From: Flavobacteriales bacterium
GTDB taxonomy: Bacteria > Bacteroidota > Bacteroidia > Palsa-965
Length of the DNA stretch: 41,239 nt
Direction: 5' to 3'
NCBI GenBank assembly: GCA_040377305.1
Contig: JBEIPA010000038.1
Span: 1-41,239 of the forward strand
Numbering within the stretch: the first letter of the stretch is position 1; each line of letters begins with the position of its first letter. The notes below the pieces were generated by a model. The model ran no database searches. It saw only the letters and a list, made by a program, of their open reading frames with translations, and was not told the origin of the DNA. The position numbers and the translations under genes are program-made. Positions 8,520 to 16,638 of the stretch are shown in pieces.

Positions 8520-9077
8520 TCTTTCTTCTGCTGTACTTCTTATGTACGCTTCTATTTTCTTGACTGCATGATGGTATGACGCTTTCAGTGCTCCTACCGA
8601 TGTATCCAGCACCTCCGACATATCATCGTACTTCATGTCTTCAAAATATTTCATCGTGAAAACAATTCTTTGTTTCTCCGGCAATTGTTGAATCGCAAGC
8701 TGAAGTTTTTTCTGAATCTCATCGCCCTTGAATGTGTTGCTGTCGTGAAGCTTGTCTTCAATGCTGTGTTCAACATCTCCGAATCGCACAAACAATTCTG
8801 CTTTGCGCGAACGGATAAAGCTCATCGTCTCATTCGTTGCAATGCGATAAAGCCATGTGTATAACTGCGCGTCCTCTTTGAATCCGTCGAGACCTTTCCA
8901 GGTTTTGATGAACGTATTCTGCAAAACATCATCCGTATCGTCGTGGTCAACGAGAATGCGGCGAATGTGCCAGTACAGTTTTTTCTGGTAACGCGTAACG
9001 ATCAAGCGAAAAGCCTGCTGCCTCGACTTCTCGTCGCGGAACATGCTTACTAGTTCTTTATCGCTTGGTTCGCTCAT
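8511..9077 (-). CDS. ECF-subfamily RNA polymerase sigma-70 factor
   Basis: Region 2 DDVLQNTFIK...LYTWLYRIATN; region 4 LPEKQRIVF...YDDMSEVLDTSVGALKASYHHA. Confidence 0.97.
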   Translation of the reverse strand: MSEPSDKELVSMFRDEKSRQQAFRLIVTRYQKKLYWHIRRILVDHDDTDDVLQNTFIKTWKGLDGFKEDAQLYTWLYRIATNETMSFIRSRKAELFVRFGDVEHSIEDKLHDSNTFKGDEIQKKLQLAIQQLPEKQRIVFTMKYFEDMKYDDMSEVLDTSVGALKASYHHAVKKIEAYIRSTAEERIP

Positions 9078-9223
9078 CAGTTCCCTGTTTCGGATTCCCC
9101 GTTCCCAGTTGTTCTAAGTTAAAAGTTAAGCACACGATCAACTCACGTGTTGTCGCAAATAAACAGTGAACCGGTTTAGCAAGAAACACTAACCGGGAAC
9201 CGGGAACTGGAAACCGGGAACTA
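9078..9223. repeat. heptamer-based (GGGAACC) 32-bp inverted repeat bounding the whole tkt-sigma spacer
   Basis: 9079-9110 versus the reverse complement of 9191-9222: 26/32 identical, with an 80-nt spacer. Confidence 0.9.
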
Positions 9224-10180
9224 CTTCTTGCGTGAGATTGCTTTCATCGTTGCATTTACGATGTCAACCGTATCGAGTCCATATTTTTTCATGAGCTCAT
9301 CCGGTGTTCCGCTTTCGCCGAACGTATCGTTTACTGCAACCATTTCAAGCGGAGCAGGGAAGTCGCCGGATAAAACTGATGCGATACTCTCGCCCAGTCC
9401 GCCCCAACGGTTATGTTCCTCTGCAGAAACCGCACACTTAGTCTTTCGGACTGACTTTAAGACGGCTTCAGCGTCCAAAGGTTTAATCGTGTGGATATTG
9501 ATTATTTCAGCCGAAATGCCTTTTTCTTTGAGAATTTCCCATGCTTCGAGGGCTTTCCACACCAAATGACCGGTTGCGAAAATCGAAACGTCTGTTCCTT
9601 CTTCCAGCATCAGCGCTTTTCCGATTTCAAACTTCTGATCAGCAGGAATGAAAATCGGAACAGCAGGACGACCAAAACGCAAATACACCGGACCATGATG
9701 CTCAGCAATTGCAATTGTTGCAGCTTTCGTTTGGTTGTAATCGCAAGGATTGATCACTGTCATTCCCGGCAACATTTTCATCAAGCCGATGTCTTCAAGA
9801 ATCTGGTGTGTTGCACCGTCTTCTCCAAGCGTAAGTCCGGCATGCGAAGCACAGATCTTTACGTTCTTGTCGGAGTATGCAACCGACTGACGAATCTGAT
9901 CGTACACCCGACCTGTAGAGAAATTCGCAAACGTTCCGGTGAAAGGAATTTTTCCGCCAATGGTCATTCCTGCAGCGATACCAATCATGTTCGCTTCAGC
10001 AATTCCCACCTGGAAAAAACGATCCGGATGATCTTTCTGGAATGCATCCATCTTCAGCGATCCCGTAAGATCAGCGCAGAGTGCAACCACATTCGGATTT
10101 TTCTTTCCGAGTTCCGACAATCCTGCTCCGAATCCGGAACGTGTGTCTTTCTTTTCTTTGGCGGTGTATTTCTTTTCCAT
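9221..10180 (-). CDS. transketolase C-terminal (pyrimidine-binding plus C-terminal) subunit
   Basis: Start ATG 10180 (MEKKYT). ALCADLTGS, GIAEANM, GEDGATHQ, YLRFGR, EEH..GGLG and DTFGESG motifs. Confidence 0.96.
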   Translation of the reverse strand: MEKKYTAKEKKDTRSGFGAGLSELGKKNPNVVALCADLTGSLKMDAFQKDHPDRFFQVGIAEANMIGIAAGMTIGGKIPFTGTFANFSTGRVYDQIRQSVAYSDKNVKICASHAGLTLGEDGATHQILEDIGLMKMLPGMTVINPCDYNQTKAATIAIAEHHGPVYLRFGRPAVPIFIPADQKFEIGKALMLEEGTDVSIFATGHLVWKALEAWEILKEKGISAEIINIHTIKPLDAEAVLKSVRKTKCAVSAEEHNRWGGLGESIASVLSGDFPAPLEMVAVNDTFGESGTPDELMKKYGLDTVDIVNATMKAISRKK

Positions 10181-10223
10181 GTGGGCAATTGTGATAGGTC
10201 GTGTGAATAGTGTTTGAAGGAGA

Positions 10224-10700
10224 TTACTTCCTTGGCGGTGGCGGTGGCGGTGGTGGCGGAGGTGGAGGTGGAAATGGACTAAGTCCTTTCGCTTGAATCG
10301 CTTGTTGATCAAAAGTATTTATCGATTTAATTTTGCAGGAATTCCCAGACAAGTCAAAAGAAACCGCTACCAACATTTTTGGAATATCGCCATCAATGTA
10401 CCAATAAGCACATGATTTTCCTGCTTCGCGAAGCACTAACTTTTTTGTAGTCGATTTTATGGGCTGCAGTTGTTGTGAAGCCAACATTAGTCTGCTTCTT
10501 AACGCAGTGTCGGTTCGAACTTGATCAGGTAAAGAACAAAGAATGCTATCGATTTTTTGATCTTCGAGGTACAGACATATCTTGCCGGTAATAGCTTTTC
10601 TTTCTTTCCAGAAATCGTCTGAACTCTGTGCGCAAACAGAAATACAGAGCGCAAATAAAAGTAAAGCAACAGAAATAATTCTGCGATTCAATTTGCACAT
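10224..10700 (-). CDS. hypothetical exported protein with a C-terminal 13-Pro tract
   Basis: Signal peptide RRIISVALLLFALCISVCAQ. Start uncertain (10691, 10700 or 10727). Ends PF(P)13RK. Confidence 0.7.
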   Translation of the reverse strand: MCKLNRRIISVALLLFALCISVCAQSSDDFWKERKAITGKICLYLEDQKIDSILCSLPDQVRTDTALRSRLMLASQQLQPIKSTTKKLVLREAGKSCAYWYIDGDIPKMLVAVSFDLSGNSCKIKSINTFDQQAIQAKGLSPFPPPPPPPPPPPPPRK

Positions 10701-10724
10701 CTGCACATTTTCAAATTTGCACAT
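10690..10724. repeat. octamer repeat arm (ATGTGCAA family)
   Basis: Minus strand reads ATGTGCAA-ATTTGAAA-ATGTGCAG-ATGTGCAA-ATT, starting 5 nt after the vWA stop. Confidence 0.75.
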
Positions 10725-10729
10725 CATCC

Positions 10730-12181
10730 CTAGTACAGCTTAACCGTCGCCGATCCACCCGGATCTACCTTAAACTTCGTTTCTTTCGTGTAAATAGTTT
10801 CTTTCGCTGACTGCGTGCGGAAAACAATGCGATAGTTCCCCGGCTGCAAAACCAGATTCTCATTGGTGATTTTGTCGTTGAGATTGCACACCCACGTCAA
10901 TGTATTTTTCTCTTCTAAGAAAACCTGTCCTGTTCCAACAGCCGGCTTGAAAATGCTCACTGTCCCTGCCTGGGGAATTGTAATCGTCGTAGTCTTGCTT
11001 TGGCTGATGTCTACATTCGACATGTTAATTCTCGGCAACGTGAGAATTTCCAAATCGTATTTACCGGTAATCATCTTGGTTATCGCTCCAACTTCAACCA
11101 CACAAAGCGTAGTCGTTTCACCTTTCTTGCGAACGATGCACGATAGTCGCCCATAGTTATTTGCGCCTGCGATGTTCACGTGCAAAAATCCTTGTGGCGC
11201 ATCAACGGCAATAATGTTGTGAATGCCCGGAGTGATCGTAATATTCTCCTTCACCACTTGCGGAATGGTGTGAACAACCAGTTTGTATGTGCTCAGCGGA
11301 TCAAGAATTACCGTGTCAGGAACTCCGCGGTGATTCATCGTGTGCATGTAGTTGTAGCGAATTGCTCCTGTTTGCTGATCGTAGAATGTCATCGCAACAT
11401 CGCTCTCCAGTGGTTTGCCTTGATTGTTCAGCAAGTTCACCTGACAAGTAGTGTTGTTCATTGCCTGAGAAACAACAATGTTCAGCACTTGCGTGAATGT
11501 CGACTCCGAAGAAATATCGTAGAGTTTTCCAATGCAATTCAAACCTTCGAAGTTTCCTTCAAGACCAATTCCGAGAACGAAAGGTTTCAGTGTAATACCT
11601 TGCGTCTGCAGCATCAAAGAAACCGCACAGGGATCGCCGCCGCATTCTTCAATTCCATCCGTAATCAGGATGATAATGTTACGCGCATTCTTTCCGTCCT
11701 TCGGAAAATCTTCTCCGCATTGAGAAAGTGTGTATGCAATTGGTGTTGTTCCTTTCGGTACCAGCGACACCAAACGATTTTTCATCGCAGGAATTGCAAC
11801 GCTAGGTTTGCCAATGGGAACTTCGAGTTTTGTGTCTTCACAATTGCGTTGCGGTTGTAACGGATATTCGTGACCGTAACAACGCAGGCCCAATTCAAGA
11901 TTCGGAGTTGCTTTGAGGCTGTCGAGAAACTGCGAGAAAAGATTCTTCGCAATGTCCATCTTCATTCCGGTTTGCCATCTTCCGTACATGGAAAAAGAGC
12001 AATCGAAAACGAAAAGAATCCGCGTGAGTGGAGGAGTAACTCCATATGACACGACAGAACCATCGTTGAGAACGGAATGTTTGTTTACAAAGTTCGTAGG
12101 ATCAAACACAGGACCCGCCGAAAGTCTCGGAGCGAAAATGCTGAGTAAAAGAATCGCGGCAATCAGTACCTGTTTTTTCAT
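10730..12181 (-). CDS. exported von Willebrand factor type A domain protein
   Basis: Start ATG 12181 (MKKQVLIAAILLLS). MIDAS DCSFS, GTTPI and LITDG motifs, followed by three beta-sandwich-like repeats ending YKL/YDL/YRI. Confidence 0.9.
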   Translation of the reverse strand: MKKQVLIAAILLLSIFAPRLSAGPVFDPTNFVNKHSVLNDGSVVSYGVTPPLTRILFVFDCSFSMYGRWQTGMKMDIAKNLFSQFLDSLKATPNLELGLRCYGHEYPLQPQRNCEDTKLEVPIGKPSVAIPAMKNRLVSLVPKGTTPIAYTLSQCGEDFPKDGKNARNIIILITDGIEECGGDPCAVSLMLQTQGITLKPFVLGIGLEGNFEGLNCIGKLYDISSESTFTQVLNIVVSQAMNNTTCQVNLLNNQGKPLESDVAMTFYDQQTGAIRYNYMHTMNHRGVPDTVILDPLSTYKLVVHTIPQVVKENITITPGIHNIIAVDAPQGFLHVNIAGANNYGRLSCIVRKKGETTTLCVVEVGAITKMITGKYDLEILTLPRINMSNVDISQSKTTTITIPQAGTVSIFKPAVGTGQVFLEEKNTLTWVCNLNDKITNENLVLQPGNYRIVFRTQSAKETIYTKETKFKVDPGGSATVKLY

Positions 12182-12191
12182 AAGGCGTCGG

Positions 12192-13040
12192 TTAGTAATC
12201 TCCGACAGAGCAATTGAGCTGATCAAGTCCGCACGTAAGTTGTTCATCATTCGGTGCAACACCATGCCACTTGTGCGATCCCATCATGAAGTCGACTCCG
12301 GCTCCCATCTCTGTCTTCATTAGTATAACGACAGGCTTGCCTTTTCGTGTATGTGAATGCGCAGTTTTCAGAGTAGAAATAACTTCATTTAAGTCATTTC
12401 CATCTGCAATTTTCAATACATCCCATCCGAACGCACTGAATTTCGCTGCGAGATCTCCCATTGGCAATACTTTGTCGGTAGCGCCGTCAATTTGCTGACC
12501 ATTCACGTCAACGGTACAAATCAGGTTATCGACTTTGTTTCCTGCAGCATACATGGCCGCTTCCCAAATCTGACCTTCCTGAAGTTCACCATCGCCATGC
12601 AGCGTGTAAACGGTTCTATCATCACCATTCAATTTCTTTGCCAAAGCCGCGCCAATCGCAACCGACATTCCCTGACCCAATGATCCTGAAGCAATTCGAA
12701 CTCCCGGAAGATTGTCGTGAGTCGTTGGATGTCCCTGCAATCTCGTATTCAGTTTTCGGAAAGTCGCAAGCTCTTTCACTTCGAAATATCCGTGACGCGC
12801 AAGAGTGCTGTAAAACACCGGAGAAATATGTCCGTTCGAAAGGAAGAAAATGTCTTCACCTTTTCCATCCATGTTCCAGTTCTTCGGATCATGTTTCATG
12901 ATTTCTCCATATAGCGCCACGAAATATTCAGTGCATCCAAGCGATCCACCAGGATGTCCGGAATTTACCGCATGTACCATTCTGAGAATGTCGCGTCGTA
13001 CTTGTATACAGAGATTTTTCAGTTCTTCACCCGAAGCCAT
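12192..13040 (-). CDS. transketolase N-terminal (TPP-binding) subunit
   Basis: SGHPGGSLG, LSNGH, LQGHP, SGSLGQG, GDGELQEGQIWEA and WHG motifs. Confidence 0.97.
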   Translation of the reverse strand: MASGEELKNLCIQVRRDILRMVHAVNSGHPGGSLGCTEYFVALYGEIMKHDPKNWNMDGKGEDIFFLSNGHISPVFYSTLARHGYFEVKELATFRKLNTRLQGHPTTHDNLPGVRIASGSLGQGMSVAIGAALAKKLNGDDRTVYTLHGDGELQEGQIWEAAMYAAGNKVDNLICTVDVNGQQIDGATDKVLPMGDLAAKFSAFGWDVLKIADGNDLNEVISTLKTAHSHTRKGKPVVILMKTEMGAGVDFMMGSHKWHGVAPNDEQLTCGLDQLNCSVGDY

Positions 13041-13050
13041 ATTCGATGTC

Positions 13051-13186
13051 GTTGATTAGTTTTTAAACCGATTAGTGATGCCTTTGTTTTCTATACTGCT
13101 GATTTTCATTGGAGAAGAAGCGCGATATTTTCAAAATAACACGCAACACCATCAACTATTCAACTAATCAGCATATCAACTAATCG
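13051..13186. repeat. octamer (GATTAGTT) inverted-repeat structure in the transketolase 5' leader
   Basis: Minus strand CGATTAGTTGATATGCTGATTAGTTGAATAGTTGATGG pairs with downstream AATCAGCA, CATCACTAATCG and AACTAATCAAC. Confidence 0.7.
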
Positions 13187-13195
13187 ATTTGGCGT

Positions 13196-13203
13196 CAAAA
13201 GTA
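13196..13203 (-). promoter_or_regulatory. -7 element TACTTTTG for the transketolase operon
   Basis: Exact TAnnTTTG match in the divergent spacer. Confidence 0.55.
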
Positions 13204-13230
13204 GCTTATAGTACCACCATAGATTTCCAA

Positions 13231-13265
13231 GTTGAAAACTATGACCGTATGTTGAAAACTACGAT
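13231..13265. promoter_or_regulatory. direct repeat, candidate protein-binding site
   Basis: GTTGAAAACTATGAC (13231) and GTTGAAAACTACGAT (13251), period 20 bp. Confidence 0.45.
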
Positions 13266-13273
13266 TGTCATGT

Positions 13274-13281
13274 TACATTTG
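13274..13281 (+). promoter_or_regulatory. -7 element TACATTTG for ychF-parE-parC (second match TAATTTTG at 13309-13316)
   Basis: Exact TAnnTTTG matches upstream of ychF. Confidence 0.55.
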
Positions 13282-13363
13282 CGCCCACCAAATTTTTCCC
13301 CGAACCAGTAATTTTGCACCCCGGAGAGAAATTGACCTTCGAAAAGGAATTTAAGCCAGAATC

Positions 13364-14464
13364 ATGTCATTAAAGTGCGGAATTGTTGGATTGCCAAACG
13401 TCGGAAAATCGACGCTATTTAACTGTTTATCAAACGCTAAGGCTCAAGCTGCGAACTTTCCGTTCTGCACAATTGAGCCTAACGTTGGAGTGATAACTGT
13501 GCCCGATGAGCGCCTGAACAAGCTCGCAGAACTGGTTAATCCGGAGAAAATTCTGCCGACCACGGTGGAAATCGTGGACATTGCCGGTCTGGTTGCGGGT
13601 GCCAGCAAAGGCGAGGGACTTGGGAACAAGTTTTTGGCAAATATTCGCGAAACTGACGCAATTTTGCACGTTTTGCGTTGTTTTGAGGATCCGAACGTCG
13701 TTCACGTGAGCGGAAAAGTAGATCCGGTGAACGACAAAGAAGTAATCGACCTCGAGCTTCAGTTGAAAGATTTGGAGTCGGTTGAACAGCGCATGAAGCG
13801 TATTGAGAAGCAGGCGAAGACCGGTGCAGATAAGGAAGCCAAGAAGACGTACGAGATTCTGACTGCAATTCATGCGAATCTATTGAAGGGAATGTCGGCA
13901 CGCACCGTGAAAATTGCGAAGGAAGATCTTCCGTTAATCGCTGATATTCATTTACTCACGATCAAACCAGTAATGTATGTGTGCAACGTTGACGAAGCTT
14001 CTGTGAAAACAGGAAACAAATTCGTTGACGCTGTGAAGGAAGCTGTGAAAGATGAAAATGCAGAAGTGATTGTCATCACAGCAGCTATGGAAGCTGAAAT
14101 TGCAGCACTTGAAAGCTACGAAGACAGAAAATCTTTCCTTTCTGATATCGGATTGGAAGAGCCAGGAGTGAACAAACTCATTCACGCTGCATATCAGTTG
14201 CTCAATCTGCAGACGTACTTCACTGCAGGAGTAAAAGAAGTTCGTGCGTGGACTATTACGAAAGGAATGACTGCGCCACAATCGGCGGGAGTGATTCACA
14301 CTGATTTTGAAAAAGGATTTATCAAAGCGGAAGTAATTGCATACGACGACTTCGTTTCATTTAAATCGGAAGCGGCGTGTCGTGATAATGGAAAACTCCG
14401 CATTGAAGGAAAAGAATATGTAGTTGCCGACGGAGATGTAATGCATTTCCGTTTTAACGTATAG
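13364..14464 (+). CDS. ychF: redox-regulated ATPase YchF
   Basis: GIVGLPNVGKST, NFPFCTIEPN, DIAGLV, GLGNKFL and TGS domain ending HFRFNV. Confidence 0.99.
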   Translation: MSLKCGIVGLPNVGKSTLFNCLSNAKAQAANFPFCTIEPNVGVITVPDERLNKLAELVNPEKILPTTVEIVDIAGLVAGASKGEGLGNKFLANIRETDAILHVLRCFEDPNVVHVSGKVDPVNDKEVIDLELQLKDLESVEQRMKRIEKQAKTGADKEAKKTYEILTAIHANLLKGMSARTVKIAKEDLPLIADIHLLTIKPVMYVCNVDEASVKTGNKFVDAVKEAVKDENAEVIVITAAMEAEIAALESYEDRKSFLSDIGLEEPGVNKLIHAAYQLLNLQTYFTAGVKEVRAWTITKGMTAPQSAGVIHTDFEKGFIKAEVIAYDDFVSFKSEAACRDNGKLRIEGKEYVVADGDVMHFRFNV

Positions 14465-14466
14465 TA

Positions 14467-14688
14467 ATGCAACAACTGGGATATATTTTATTTTTCCTGG
14501 TTGTGTGGTTTGTGGTCCCGTACATTTTAGGATCATTGTTCTTTAAACAACTGAAGAAAAAGTGGAAGTGGTTAGGCGGAAAGGGTAAGGGCCAGCGATT
14601 TTTTGGGTTCCTCGTATTTCTACTTTGCGCTCTAGTGGGTTGGTTCCTTGAGAACTTGGTTCTCATCGGTGTGAAAATGATGTTATAA
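14467..14688 (+). CDS. small two-TM membrane protein
   Basis: 73 aa; two hydrophobic segments joined by a basic loop; fills the ychF-parE gap (2 nt and 10 nt spacers). Confidence 0.7.
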   Translation: MQQLGYILFFLVVWFVVPYILGSLFFKQLKKKWKWLGGKGKGQRFFGFLVFLLCALVGWFLENLVLIGVKMML

Positions 14689-14698
14689 GATTTGAACT

Positions 14699-16564
14699 AT
14701 GGCAAAATCGAATTATACAGAAGATAGTATTAAGTCGCTCGACTGGAAAGATCACATCCGTCTGCGTCCCGGAATGTATATCGGGAAGCTGGGTGATGGT
14801 TCTTCTCCTGACGATGGAATTTACATTCTCGTAAAAGAGGTTCTCGATAACAGTATCGATGAATTCGTAATGGGGAATGGAAAGCGAATTGACGTTACGA
14901 TTAAAGAAGGTACGGTTACGATTCGCGATTTCGGTCGTGGAATTCCATTGGGAAAAGTGATTGATTGCGTTTCAAAAATCAACACAGGAGCGAAATACGA
15001 TTCAGAAGCATTTAAGAAATCGGTTGGTCTGAACGGAGTTGGAACGAAAGCGGTGAATGCTCTCGCAGGTTGGTTTCACATTCAGTCAATTCGCGAAGGC
15101 AAAACAAAAATTGCTGAGTTCAAGCGTGGAGAGCTTGTAAAAGACGAAAAGATCAAACCATCTACTGAAGCGGAAGGAACAATTGTTTCGTTCACTCCCG
15201 ATGAGAAGATGTTCGTGAACTACCATTTTATCAACGAATTTGTTGAGAAAATGCTGTGGAATTACGCATACCTCAACACGGGTTTGACACTCACGTACAA
15301 TGGAACGCACATCAAATCGGAGAATGGTCTTTTGGATCTTCTTCAGAAAAATTTGAGTGGTCCGATTGTTTACCCGATCATTCATCTGCGCGGAGAAGAC
15401 ATCGAAGTTGCAATCACACACAGCGACAGTCAATACGTTGAGGAATATTTCTCATTCGTAAACGGTCAGCACACTACGCAAGGCGGAACGCACCAGGCTG
15501 CATTTCGTGAAGCGGTTGTAAAAGTTATCCGCGACTTCGTAAAGAAAGAATACGAAGCGGTCGACGTCCGTACTTCCATCGTTGCAGCAATTGCAGTGAA
15601 AGTTCAGGAACCGGTTTTCGAATCGCAGACTAAAACAAAACTTGGTTCTCAGGATGTCGGTCCGAAAGGTCCTTCGATGAGAACTTTTGTTTACGACTTC
15701 CTGCGCAGCAATCTCGATAATTACCTGCACAAGAATCCGGAATCTGCCGACGCTCTTCACCGTAAGATTATTCAAAGCGAGAAAGAACGCAAGGAACTTT
15801 CCGGAATTCAGAAGCTGGCGCGTGATCGTGCGAAGAAAGCGAATCTGCACAACCGCAAACTGCGCGATTGTCGTGTTCACTTAACAGATATGCGTGATGA
15901 ACGTCGTTTGGCGAGTACACTCTTTATTACAGAGGGTGATTCTGCAAGCGGATCAATCACCAAAGCGCGTGACGTAAACTCGCAAGGCGTTTTCTCTCTG
16001 AAAGGAAAACCGCTCAACGCGTATGGCCTCACGAAGAAAGTTGTTTACGAAAACGAAGAGTTCAACCTCATTCAGTCGGCACTCGACATCGAGGAAGGAC
16101 TCGACAACCTTCGTTATAACAATGTAGTAATCGCAACAGACGCCGACGTTGATGGAATGCACATCCGCTTATTGCTGATGACATTCTTCCTTCAGTTCTT
16201 CCCTGATCTGGTGAAGAACGGTCACCTGTACATTTTGCAGACGCCGTTGTTCCGCGTTCGTAACCGGAAGGAAACGATCTACTGTTATTCTGAAGACGAA
16301 CGGCGCGCTGCAATTGCGAAACTCGGACCGAAGCCGGAGATCACACGTTTCAAAGGACTCGGGGAAATTTCTCCTGACGAATTCAAGCACTTCATTGGAA
16401 AAGATATTCGCCTTGAGCCGATTATTCTCGGACAAGGAAGCAACATCACACAAATTCTTTCTTACTACATGGGTAAGAACACACAGGATCGTCAGGATCA
16501 TATCATTGGCAACCTGCGCGTAGAAAAAGATGTTGTGGAAGAAACAGCAGCTGTACCTGCGTAA
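14699..16564 (+). CDS. parE: DNA topoisomerase IV subunit B
   Basis: [38 protein letters not shown] and RFKGLGE motifs; Bacteroidota parE type; adjacent to parC. Confidence 0.95.
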   Translation: MAKSNYTEDSIKSLDWKDHIRLRPGMYIGKLGDGSSPDDGIYILVKEVLDNSIDEFVMGNGKRIDVTIKEGTVTIRDFGRGIPLGKVIDCVSKINTGAKYDSEAFKKSVGLNGVGTKAVNALAGWFHIQSIREGKTKIAEFKRGELVKDEKIKPSTEAEGTIVSFTPDEKMFVNYHFINEFVEKMLWNYAYLNTGLTLTYNGTHIKSENGLLDLLQKNLSGPIVYPIIHLRGEDIEVAITHSDSQYVEEYFSFVNGQHTTQGGTHQAAFREAVVKVIRDFVKKEYEAVDVRTSIVAAIAVKVQEPVFESQTKTKLGSQDVGPKGPSMRTFVYDFLRSNLDNYLHKNPESADALHRKIIQSEKERKELSGIQKLARDRAKKANLHNRKLRDCRVHLTDMRDERRLASTLFITEGDSASGSITKARDVNSQGVFSLKGKPLNAYGLTKKVVYENEEFNLIQSALDIEEGLDNLRYNNVVIATDADVDGMHIRLLLMTFFLQFFPDLVKNGHLYILQTPLFRVRNRKETIYCYSEDERRAAIAKLGPKPEITRFKGLGEISPDEFKHFIGKDIRLEPIILGQGSNITQILSYYMGKNTQDRQDHIIGNLRVEKDVVEETAAVPA

Positions 16565-16565
16565 C

Positions 16566-16633
16566 ATTTGTGATTTGTTTTTTGTGATTTGCTATTTCAA
16601 CAAATCATAAATCTTAAATCAAAAATCTTAAAT
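16566..16633. repeat. heptamer (ATTTGTG / AAATCnn) inverted repeat filling the parE-parC spacer
   Basis: ATTTGTGATTTGTTTTTTGTGATTTG (16566-16591) versus CAAATCATAAATCTTAAATCAAAAATCTTAAAT (16601-16633). Confidence 0.8.
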
Positions 16634-16638
16634 GACTA

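Noticed and set aside
9491-10210. 239-aa antisense ORF over transketolase, and similar long shadow ORFs (6675-7271, 11180-11860, 25823-26455, 28661-29206)
   Set aside because: They lie wholly opposite well-supported genes, have no recognisable motifs and are explained by codon bias.
10181-10312. His/Arg-rich N-terminal extension of transketolase C subunit (HLHLRHHRHRHR) in the ORF track
   Set aside because: It is an alternative-frame reading of the upstream poly-Pro codons; the real start is ATG 10180.
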